From Campylobacterales bacterium (GTDB taxonomy: Bacteria; Campylobacterota; Campylobacteria; Campylobacterales; Sulfurimonadaceae), in NCBI GenBank assembly GCA_038205935.1, contig JBBRBK010000071.1:1-10480 (forward strand): DNA of 10,480 nt, written 5' to 3'. Positions 1 through 7,171 of the stretch are shown one piece after another (the stretch's first letter is position 1; each line of letters starts with the position of its first letter). A program made the position numbers and the translations under genes. The notes below the pieces were generated by a model. The model was not told the origin of the DNA and ran no database searches. It was given only the letters and a program-made list of their open reading frames with translations.

Positions 1-1
1 T

Positions 2-724
2 TTTTGGAAGGCTTATCCGCCTATGGAAAAACTCGGACTCTCTTTTAGTGATATCGCAGATCCAAAATGGTTCAAGGAACAGCCACAACTTGCTTGGGCA
101 TTTTACGGGCATAGACTTAATTTGTATCGAGAAACAGTACCACATGAAGGGTTTAAAATTTTACTTGATCTTGTAAAATTAAAAAATCAAAACTATTTTG
201 TAATGACATCAAATGTTGATGGTCAGTTTCAAAAAGCTGGCTTTGATGAAGAGAAGATTTACGAGATTCACGGAAGTATCCATCATTTTCAATGTGCATA
301 CAACTCACGTAGCAAAAGTTGTAAGGGAATTATTTGGGATGCGAAAGATGAAACCGTTGCAGTGGATATGGAGAAATTTGAAGCTTTAAATATTCCCTTA
401 TGTCCTACATGTAAAGAAGTTGCCCGTCCAAATATTTTAATGTTTGGGGATTGGGATTGGCTCTCTTTGAGAACCTCAAAACAAGAGGCAAAATTCAATA
501 AATGGAAAAAGAAAAATCTAACAAATAGCATTGTCATTATCGAGATAGGAGCTGGTACGGCTATTCCTTCTATTCGCTTTATAGGAGGACATATTGCAAA
601 AACATATCCTCATGCAAAACTGATTCGTATAAATCCGGTAGACAGCGAAGTTAATTTTAAAAATGGAATCTCAATAGAGCTGGAAGGAGAAGAGGGCATT
701 GAAACGGTATGCAAAAGGGATTAA
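2..724 (+). CDS. SIR2-family NAD-dependent protein deacylase (sirtuin), 5'-truncated by window edge
   Basis: The frame is open from position 2 (FWKAYPPM...), so the Met at 23 is internal. Sirtuin motifs: TSNVDG, catalytic EIHGS, Zn ligands C-x8-C and CPTC, RPNILMFGD, EIGAG, RINP. The N-terminal GAG motif lies upstream of the window. Confidence 0.93.
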   Translation, partial: FWKAYPPMEKLGLSFSDIADPKWFKEQPQLAWAFYGHRLNLYRETVPHEGFKILLDLVKLKNQNYFVMTSNVDGQFQKAGFDEEKIYEIHGSIHHFQCAYNSRSKSCKGIIWDAKDETVAVDMEKFEALNIPLCPTCKEVARPNILMFGDWDWLSLRTSKQEAKFNKWKKKNLTNSIVIIEIGAGTAIPSIRFIGGHIAKTYPHAKLIRINPVDSEVNFKNGISIELEGEEGIETVCKRD

Positions 725-1427
725 AATAATCAATACAAAAAATAAGTTATTTGAAATGAAGAAAAAAGATTTTTTCAAACCAAATGATATGGAAGATTTA
801 AATAAATCTTTTACTATCAATGCCGACACTGAATTGCCCTTATTAGATGATCGCACAACCATGACGGGAATATATCTCAAATTAGATATCAATAAAAGTG
901 GGTTTGATCTGTCTTATTCAATTCAGATTTTAGCATGGTCAAATGATGAACAAAAAAATGTACCGCTAGAACAATCTGTATGGAGTGATGAGAGTTTTTT
1001 TGAAGGTAGATTTCTGCCAAATCTACAAGACTATTATTCAAAAATAATTCAAAGACTTATAACTTTTTTAGATGAAGAAATAAGATATTATGGGCATTTA
1101 AAAGAGTTGATATACAAGCTTGAAAATCCTATTCTCTCTTTTCACAATAAACTTCTTAATTCATTTTCTCAAGGAACGTTAGAAGCGTTATATAAAAATA
1201 ATTTTCCTAATGATCCTATTTTAAATGTAGATTTGTTAGATAGATCTTTAAAGATGAAAGAAAGACGACTCCGTCATATTTTATTACCAAATTATTCAAA
1301 TGGATTTTACATGGATGGAATTGAGGTCAGCGTAGATATGAATGATTCAGATTATGCAACAATAGAAGACTTAGAAAATGGTGGAGAAATGACAGTCGAT
1401 GAGTTTCTGAAACAATATGGATTGTAA
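699..1427 (+). CDS. Hypothetical protein (true start may be ATG 756)
   Basis: 242-codon ORF in AT-rich DNA, co-oriented with its neighbours. The TTG at 699 overlaps the sirtuin; the in-frame ATG at 756 is an alternative start. No family motif recognised; acidic C-terminus. Confidence 0.7.
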   Translation: MKRYAKGIKIINTKNKLFEMKKKDFFKPNDMEDLNKSFTINADTELPLLDDRTTMTGIYLKLDINKSGFDLSYSIQILAWSNDEQKNVPLEQSVWSDESFFEGRFLPNLQDYYSKIIQRLITFLDEEIRYYGHLKELIYKLENPILSFHNKLLNSFSQGTLEALYKNNFPNDPILNVDLLDRSLKMKERRLRHILLPNYSNGFYMDGIEVSVDMNDSDYATIEDLENGGEMTVDEFLKQYGL

Positions 1428-1441
1428 TAGGAAATAAGCAG

Positions 1442-1639
1442 ATGAAATCAAAACAATTTTCAAAATTTAAAAGATTAAGAGCCAAAACAAGATGTGTTCA
1501 AAAAGAGGTTGAGTGGATCAAAGGTTCACGTCGTAGACATATACGAAGAGCAGTAAAATCTATTTTAAAAGCAACACATACTCAAGAAAATGTAGAAAAA
1601 ATTCAATATGTTAATGATGGTAGCTGGAGAATAGTGTAA
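1442..1639 (+). CDS. Small, highly basic hypothetical protein (65 aa)
   Basis: ATG 14 nt after the upstream stop, with an AGGAAA RBS-like sequence at about 1429-1434. K/R-rich (KFKRLRAK, SRRRHIRRAVK) and ends GSWRIV. Confidence 0.65.
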   Translation: MKSKQFSKFKRLRAKTRCVQKEVEWIKGSRRRHIRRAVKSILKATHTQENVEKIQYVNDGSWRIV

Positions 1640-1658
1640 ATGCTATTATGATAAGAAT

Positions 1659-1696
1659 AAACCAGACATAAAGCTGTCGCATAACATGTGTACACT
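1659..1696 (+). promoter_or_regulatory. Repeated palindromic element copy 1 plus -10 box, upstream of the AAA+ ATPase
   Basis: AAACCAGACATAAAGCTGTC (1659-1678; GACA-N6-TGTC), 12 nt, then TACACT (1691-1696). RBS AGGAG at about 1714-1718 and ATG at 1725. Confidence 0.75.
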
Positions 1697-1724
1697 TCTA
1701 TTATAAAATAATTAGGAGCTTACC

Positions 1725-3821
1725 ATGAGACGATCGAATAGGAAAATATCCCAAGTTACCTTCAACAAATCCCTATTTGCAGAAAAAGAGGTTCAAGAAA
1801 AACTGACACTCTGGATACTTCGTATGATTTTAAAGAATGGTGGATTTAGTCAATTCGTGCGTGCTGGAAGACATTTTTATAATGACGATCTTGCCTCGTT
1901 TTTAGGACTAGAACGTTTTGTGGATACTGATGATTTTAATGTAGATGAGATATTGGAGATATTAAAATCAGATTTGGCTCGTTTAGAACGTAAAAAAAGT
2001 TTTACTACCCTTCCAATACTTGCTAAAAATATAAAAAGACTCTCTTCGCTTATGGAGTTAAATCTTTATGAAGAGCAGGTGCTTGAGTTCGTGGTGTTTT
2101 TAAAACAGTATGATGTTTTAAGTAATTGCGGAGATGTTTTTGGTAATGAGTTAAATTCTAATCAAGTCAAAAAACTTCTTTCAAAAATTTTGAATATTCC
2201 TATAAATGAGATTATAAAGGCATTTGAAAGTGGATCAAGATTTTCAAAATCTTCTATAGTCACAATATATAAAAGAAACACTAATGGTTTTGGTAACAAA
2301 TTTGAAGTTGTCAATGATACCTTTGCCGATAATATGTTTAATCTCGATCAAGATGTTGATGTTATGTTTAAAGAGGTTATACGAGGCTGTGAAGCTGCCA
2401 AACTTTCTTTGGATGACTATGCTCATATTCAAAAAGATATAGATATCTTAGTGCCATATATGAATAATGCAGTTTTCTCTGCTGTGACAGGTGTGAATAT
2501 TTTGCTCTATGGCTTGCCCGGCACAGGTAAAACAGAGTTGGTTAAAACTATTGCAGAGCAGTTACATGTAAAGCTCTATGAAATCAGCTACGCAGATGCA
2601 GATGATGAGTCTATAGACGGTAGAAATAGACTCAAAGCCTATAAAATGGCTCAGTCACTTTTGAGTAGTAAAAACAGTCTTATCATGTACGATGAGGCTG
2701 AAGATATCTTTGAGAGTGGAGGAGGTTTCTTTGCACCACAAAGACAAAAAGATAAAGCTTGGATCAACAGAATTCTTGAAATAAACACTATACCTACAAT
2801 CTGGATTAGCAACAATATCAATGCAATCGATAATGCGATAGTTAGAAGATTTGATATGGCCATAGAAGTACCGATACCAAAAAAACAAAAGAGAGAGGAA
2901 ATCATTAGACAATACAGTGAAAATCTTTTAGATCAACAAACCATCTCAAAACTCGCCGAACATGAAAAGATAGCTCCAGCTCTTATCAGCCGTGCCGCAA
3001 AAGTAGTAAGCTGTATAGACTCAAAAGAGAGTTCTCAAGCCTTCGAGCAGATCATTAACAATACATTAAAAGCACAAGGGTATAAAGAGCTTCAAGAGTG
3101 TGTTGGCAACTCTTTACCCAGCAATTACAATCCAGATTATGTCAATTGTAATACTGACCTAACAAAACTCGCACAAGGGATCAATGCTACTCAAAACGCA
3201 AGACTTTGCCTTTATGGACCTGCTGGAACTGGTAAAAGTGCTTTTGGAAGATATATTGCAGAAACACTTGATAAGCCGTTACTATTAAAAAAAGGAAGTG
3301 ATTTACTTTCTATGTATGTTGGAGGCACTGAAAAAAATATTGCAAGAGCTTTTAGAGAGGCTAAAGAGGAGGGTGCTGTTTTAGTGTTTGATGAAGTTGA
3401 CAGCTTTTTGGCAGATAGAACCAGTGCTAATAAAAACTGGGAGATAACGCAAGTCAATGAGATGCTTGTACAGATGGAAAACTTTGAGGGGATCTTTATT
3501 GCAACTACAAATCTCATTGACAATCTCGATAGGGCAAGCCTTAGACGTTTTGATCTTAAAATGGAATTTAGTTATCTAAAATCAGAACAGGCTTGGAATA
3601 TGTTTCATTCCTATTGTGAGGTATTGGATCTTTCAAAATCTCGAACATCTTTAAAAGATAGTGTCATGGATTTAAGTCATCTCACTCCGGGTGACTTCGC
3701 AGCCGTGGTTCGTCAAAACAGATTCAGACCTATTACAGACAGTAAAGATCTTCTCTTACGACTTCAAGATGAGATAGCCGTTAAAAATATAGAGAGCGGC
3801 AAAAAAATGGGTTTTTTGTAA
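1725..3821 (+). CDS. AAA+ ATPase with two tandem AAA domains
   Basis: Walker A GLPGTGKT and GPAGTGKS; Walker B IMYDEAE and LVFDEVD; second-region-of-homology/Arg-finger motifs ISNN..IDNAIVRRFD and ATTN..LDRASLRRFD; pore loop MYVGG in domain 2; C-terminal KKMGFL; good RBS. Confidence 0.95.
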   Translation: MRRSNRKISQVTFNKSLFAEKEVQEKLTLWILRMILKNGGFSQFVRAGRHFYNDDLASFLGLERFVDTDDFNVDEILEILKSDLARLERKKSFTTLPILAKNIKRLSSLMELNLYEEQVLEFVVFLKQYDVLSNCGDVFGNELNSNQVKKLLSKILNIPINEIIKAFESGSRFSKSSIVTIYKRNTNGFGNKFEVVNDTFADNMFNLDQDVDVMFKEVIRGCEAAKLSLDDYAHIQKDIDILVPYMNNAVFSAVTGVNILLYGLPGTGKTELVKTIAEQLHVKLYEISYADADDESIDGRNRLKAYKMAQSLLSSKNSLIMYDEAEDIFESGGGFFAPQRQKDKAWINRILEINTIPTIWISNNINAIDNAIVRRFDMAIEVPIPKKQKREEIIRQYSENLLDQQTISKLAEHEKIAPALISRAAKVVSCIDSKESSQAFEQIINNTLKAQGYKELQECVGNSLPSNYNPDYVNCNTDLTKLAQGINATQNARLCLYGPAGTGKSAFGRYIAETLDKPLLLKKGSDLLSMYVGGTEKNIARAFREAKEEGAVLVFDEVDSFLADRTSANKNWEITQVNEMLVQMENFEGIFIATTNLIDNLDRASLRRFDLKMEFSYLKSEQAWNMFHSYCEVLDLSKSRTSLKDSVMDLSHLTPGDFAAVVRQNRFRPITDSKDLLLRLQDEIAVKNIESGKKMGFL

Positions 3822-3841
3822 AAAGGCAAAAGAGTGTAAGT

Positions 3842-3875
3842 CGGACATAAACTTGTCTTACAGTTTCACTAGAAG
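3842..3875 (+). promoter_or_regulatory. Repeated palindromic element copy 3 (variant), with degenerate -10
   Basis: CGGACATAAACTTGTC (GACA 3844-3847, TGTC 3854-3857), 12 nt, then TAGAAG (3870-3875), which has the TA but lacks the final T. Confidence 0.55.
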
Positions 3876-3998
3876 TGACAATTTTTCAGTAGTCTCACCC
3901 AAAAGAGCCAAAGAGATCGTCAAAGAGTGGTTTGCTAAAAATAATTACAGTAATATGAAAGTCATTGTACTGGATTTATATGGAGATCTTACTATTAG

Positions 3999-4046
3999 TA
4001 TATATTTGTATTTATATAGTTTATACGCTATTATTACAAATATATA
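3999..4046. promoter_or_regulatory. 12-bp perfect inverted repeat upstream of the hipA-like gene; candidate operator
   Basis: TATATATTTGTA (3999-4010), 24-nt spacer, TACAAATATATA (4035-4046). It flanks TATTAT (4029-4034), overlaps TATAAT (4043-4048) and lies just before RBS AGGAA and ATG 4063. Confidence 0.5.
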
Positions 4047-4062
4047 ATATTTAGGAATAGCA

Positions 4063-5316
4063 ATGCAAAAAATATTAATAAAACTTTTTGAAAAACATAT
4101 TGCAGATATGTATCAAGATGGTGACCGAATTTATCTTAAACTTCTGGATGAAACTTGCAGCCGTGTAAGCCCTTTAATGCTATCTTCTACGCAAAAAGAA
4201 ATAGATACAACTCATCTTGTTTACCTTGATCGGGTTGCAGGATTTATTAGCGATTCATTGCCAGGAAGTTTTGGAAATGAAATCTTAAATAACTTTTTTT
4301 TACAAAACAAAAATATTTATCCTACGGTTTGTGATAAATTACTTTTTATTGGAAATAGGGGTCTTGGAGCGATAATCTACGAACCGTCATTAGAAAAAGA
4401 AACTAATTTTGACCATACTATTGAGCTGAAATCATTGTTTGATAAAGCAAAAGAGCTCAAAAATGGCACGGATTATCATTCATTTCAAGATGCTTTTTTA
4501 ATAAGTGCTCACTCTTTTGTAGGAGGTGCAAGAAGCAAAGCAGTGGGTGCGATAAATTTACAAACACAAGAGGTGTTTTTAGGAGACCCGACTCAACCTT
4601 TAAAAGAGGGTTTTATCCATGCTATTATCAAATACGATGACATAGCAAATGATGATGAGAGCAAATCAACTTACTCAAAAATCGAATATATCTATTATCT
4701 CTTAGCCAAACAATCAGGCATCGATATGATGGAATGTCATTTAGTAGAATCAGATGGAAAACACCATTTTGTAACGAAAAGGTTTGATATAGAAGAGAGC
4801 GGTAAAAGATACCATGTCCACTCATTGGCAGGGCTTTTGCATCTTGATTACAACATTCCTAGAACTATAGGTTACGAAGATTTACTGAGATCTGCGCTCA
4901 AACTTGGGGCAGTAAAAAGTCTAAAGCAACTCTTTTTACAGATGTTATTTAACTACATGTTTGTAAATCAAGATGACCATAGCAGAAACTTCTCATTTAT
5001 GTGTGATAGCGATTTTAAATACAAAGCTACACCAGCGTATGATTTGACTTTTGCAAAAGGAGAAAAACAAACTGTTGAGCATCAACTTTCCCTTTATGGA
5101 AAAGCATTTTCACAAATAGGCATTGACGATATTACAATGCTCGCTACTGAGTTTTCTATAGATTTAGAGTTTGTAGCTTCTTCACTAAAAACCATGAAAG
5201 AACTTCAAGAAACCACGCTTAAAAGTTTGCTAGATGAGTATGAAGTGAGTGAGATAAAACAAAAACAGATACTGCTTGAAGTCTCAAAAAGAACTTTACA
5301 AGGGGCTTTATCATGA
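4063..5316 (+). CDS. hipA: HipA-family Ser/Thr kinase toxin
   Basis: N-terminal HipA-like segments (GFISDSLPGSFG, LLFIGNRGLGA), Gly-rich loop GGARSK, IIKYD, EYIYY, FVTKRFD, catalytic NQDDHSRNFSF, and PAYDL. Confidence 0.92.
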   Translation: MQKILIKLFEKHIADMYQDGDRIYLKLLDETCSRVSPLMLSSTQKEIDTTHLVYLDRVAGFISDSLPGSFGNEILNNFFLQNKNIYPTVCDKLLFIGNRGLGAIIYEPSLEKETNFDHTIELKSLFDKAKELKNGTDYHSFQDAFLISAHSFVGGARSKAVGAINLQTQEVFLGDPTQPLKEGFIHAIIKYDDIANDDESKSTYSKIEYIYYLLAKQSGIDMMECHLVESDGKHHFVTKRFDIEESGKRYHVHSLAGLLHLDYNIPRTIGYEDLLRSALKLGAVKSLKQLFLQMLFNYMFVNQDDHSRNFSFMCDSDFKYKATPAYDLTFAKGEKQTVEHQLSLYGKAFSQIGIDDITMLATEFSIDLEFVASSLKTMKELQETTLKSLLDEYEVSEIKQKQILLEVSKRTLQGALS

Positions 5317-5684
5317 GTCAAGACCTTTTAAAACAATTACAACTCTCACAAGCAAAGGCAAAAAATAAACTCAAAAAAAAGCTTAATCCAAATAGTGCTT
5401 TTACAACACTCACAGATGATGAGATAGCGATGGTTTTAGCACTCCGAGCAAAAAAGCTTAGAATTTCACAAAATAAAAAGCAGAGTGATTTTGCCAAAGA
5501 AGCAGAACTAAGTTCCGCAACTACATACTCCAACTACGAACAAAAAGGGTATATTTCTATGATAAATTTCATCAAAGTGATGAGGAGTTTTGGAAGATTG
5601 GAAGAGCTTGAAAAATTACTCCTTTTTACTACAAAAGAAAAAATCGAGCAACTACAAACGAAAGAAAAGCAAAGAGTCAAATAA
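5313..5684 (+). CDS. XRE-family helix-turn-helix protein, probable HipB-like antitoxin/regulator
   Basis: ATGA overlap with the hipA stop. AKKLRISQNKKQSDFAKEAELSSATTYSNYEQKG fits a Cro/CI-type HTH, followed by ISMINFIKVMRSFGRLEELEKL. Confidence 0.85.
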   Translation: MSQDLLKQLQLSQAKAKNKLKKKLNPNSAFTTLTDDEIAMVLALRAKKLRISQNKKQSDFAKEAELSSATTYSNYEQKGYISMINFIKVMRSFGRLEELEKLLLFTTKEKIEQLQTKEKQRVK

Positions 5685-5736
5685 TGCTTTTTGTAGAGAA
5701 TAAATGAGAAAAAATAGACTGAGGAAGTTTTATATA

Positions 5737-5774
5737 AAACCAGACATAAAGCTGTCTAAATAGTTCGATAAACT
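5737..5774 (+). promoter_or_regulatory. Repeated palindromic element copy 2 plus -10 box, upstream of the hypothetical-cobB unit
   Basis: AAACCAGACATAAAGCTGTC (5737-5756), identical to 1659-1678; 12 nt; then TAAACT (5769-5774) followed by TCT, as in copy 1. Confidence 0.75.
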
Positions 5775-5832
5775 TCTCATATAAAGATCATAAACAATGT
5801 ATCGATGATCTTAAAAATTAAAGGATAATACA

Positions 5833-6417
5833 ATGCTAGTAAACGTAATAAATGAAAAGTTGAAGATTCAAGACAAAGTAAAAATCATTCAAGCTATGGG
5901 CTATAAAAATGTGAAAAAAGGTCTTATAACACTTGAAAAATTCCTTACATGTAAGGATCTAGCAAGTTGGCTTCGTGAGGGACATTATGATTTGGTTTTT
6001 ACAGGCGAAGATTTTTTCATAAAACTTTGTGATCTATTGGAGATTGAGCAGAACCTTTATCTAGGCGAGATTGAGATTGCCAAAGATTATAATAACGCAC
6101 TTCATCAATTGAAACCCACCTATATCTTTGTATATACAGATTTTAAAAGAAAAAATGAACCTATTTTTGCTTTGGCATGTTTGGAATCGACAAGAAGATT
6201 AAATATTGACAAGAAACAAATATTATATAAATCATCTGAAGAGATTTTTGCACTCGTTACATCTATGATCAGAGAACATTATGTAAATAATGAGGGTGAA
6301 TTAAAAGTGTGGGGGAAAATCCAAAACTATGTGTTACATCTTCAAGGTGAGAAGTATGTTTTTAATACGCAAGGTGCATTTGTTGATGGAGAGAGGAAAA
6401 ATATATGTCAAAAGTAA
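5833..6417 (+). CDS. Hypothetical protein (194 aa)
   Basis: AAGGAT RBS at 5821-5826, ATG start, 13-nt overlap with the downstream sirtuin. Motif-like segments MGYKN, GHYDL, TDFKRKNEPIFALA and WGKI, but no family I can name. Confidence 0.85.
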   Translation: MLVNVINEKLKIQDKVKIIQAMGYKNVKKGLITLEKFLTCKDLASWLREGHYDLVFTGEDFFIKLCDLLEIEQNLYLGEIEIAKDYNNALHQLKPTYIFVYTDFKRKNEPIFALACLESTRRLNIDKKQILYKSSEEIFALVTSMIREHYVNNEGELKVWGKIQNYVLHLQGEKYVFNTQGAFVDGERKNICQK

Positions 6418-7124
6418 TCATATTTAGCGGCGCAGGCGTGAGTGCAGAATCAGGCATTAGTACATTTCGAGATAATGGTGGATTATGGGATAAATACAGG
6501 GTTGAAGAGATCTGCACAGAAGGATGCTTAGAAACAAACAGAGACGCGACTATAGATTTTTACGACGCAAGACGAAAAGATTTAAAAGATAAAGTGCCAA
6601 ACTATGCGCACATTCTCATTGCTAAATTAAAAGAAAAATATCCAAAAGAGATAGCCATCATCACTCAAAATGTTGATGATATGTTTGAAAAAGCAGGATG
6701 CAAAGAGATCATCCATCTTCACGGATTTATGCGTGAGATACGTTGTGAGAAGTGTGGGTTGATTGAAGATATTGGATATGAGGCTCAAGATAAAGCACAT
6801 AAAAATTGCCCTACATGTAAAGCAACGATGCGTCCAAATATTGTGTTTTTTAATGAGAGTGCCCCAAAATATGAGGAAATGTATGATGAGCTTGATGATT
6901 GTAAAATGCTTGTTGTCATCGGTACTAGCGGAGCAGTTATCAATACAGACAGTTTTTTAAGCTCAAAGATCAAAGTCTCAATACTAAACAACCTCGAACC
7001 AAGCAAAGAAATTAATCATAAAAACTACACAAATGTCCTATTTAAACCTGCAACACAGGCGATAAGTGAGATAGCGATAGAAATCGAGAAATTTTTAGCA
7101 AAAAAGCATAGATCGAAAAAATAG
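6405..7124 (+). CDS. cobB: CobB-like (class III) NAD-dependent protein deacylase
   Basis: GAGVSAESGISTFRD, FYDARR (YxxR), TQNVDD, HLHG, CEKC/CPTC zinc site, RPNIVFFNE, IGTSG, NLEP. GAGAGGA RBS upstream. Confidence 0.92.
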   Translation: MSKVIIFSGAGVSAESGISTFRDNGGLWDKYRVEEICTEGCLETNRDATIDFYDARRKDLKDKVPNYAHILIAKLKEKYPKEIAIITQNVDDMFEKAGCKEIIHLHGFMREIRCEKCGLIEDIGYEAQDKAHKNCPTCKATMRPNIVFFNESAPKYEEMYDELDDCKMLVVIGTSGAVINTDSFLSSKIKVSILNNLEPSKEINHKNYTNVLFKPATQAISEIAIEIEKFLAKKHRSKK

Positions 7125-7171
7125 TTACATTATTCGTTAGCAATAAGAGATAGAGTTTTGAAAGAAGCTAG

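Noticed and set aside
3835..3879. Hairpins after the AAA+ stop (TGTAAG...CTTACA; TCACT-AGA-AGTGA) as an intrinsic terminator
   Set aside because: Weak AT-rich stems without an immediately adjacent U-tract; better explained by the motif copy.
3853..4047. 64-aa + strand ORF from the track
   Set aside because: The TTG start lies inside the palindromic motif with no RBS, and the 3' half is low-complexity AT promoter DNA. At most a remnant (see findings).
1659..5756. CRISPR array or IS-end interpretation of the repeats
   Set aside because: Copies are kilobases apart with whole genes between them; no cas or transposase gene is present.
5704..5763. 19-codon ORF MRKNRLRKFYIKPDIKLSK
   Set aside because: Very short, lacks a convincing RBS, and runs through the regulatory motif.
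401..6842. Nucleotide similarity between 401-436 and 6807-6842 (28/36 identical; CPTCK...RPNI)
   Set aside because: Explained by a conserved sirtuin motif plus codon bias; the rest of the two genes is divergent, so this is not a recent duplication.
2..7124. Thoeris, DSR or SIR2-HerA defence system call
   Set aside because: Both SIR2 proteins are Zn-finger deacylase-type, and there is no TIR, SLOG, HerA or Argonaute partner in the window.
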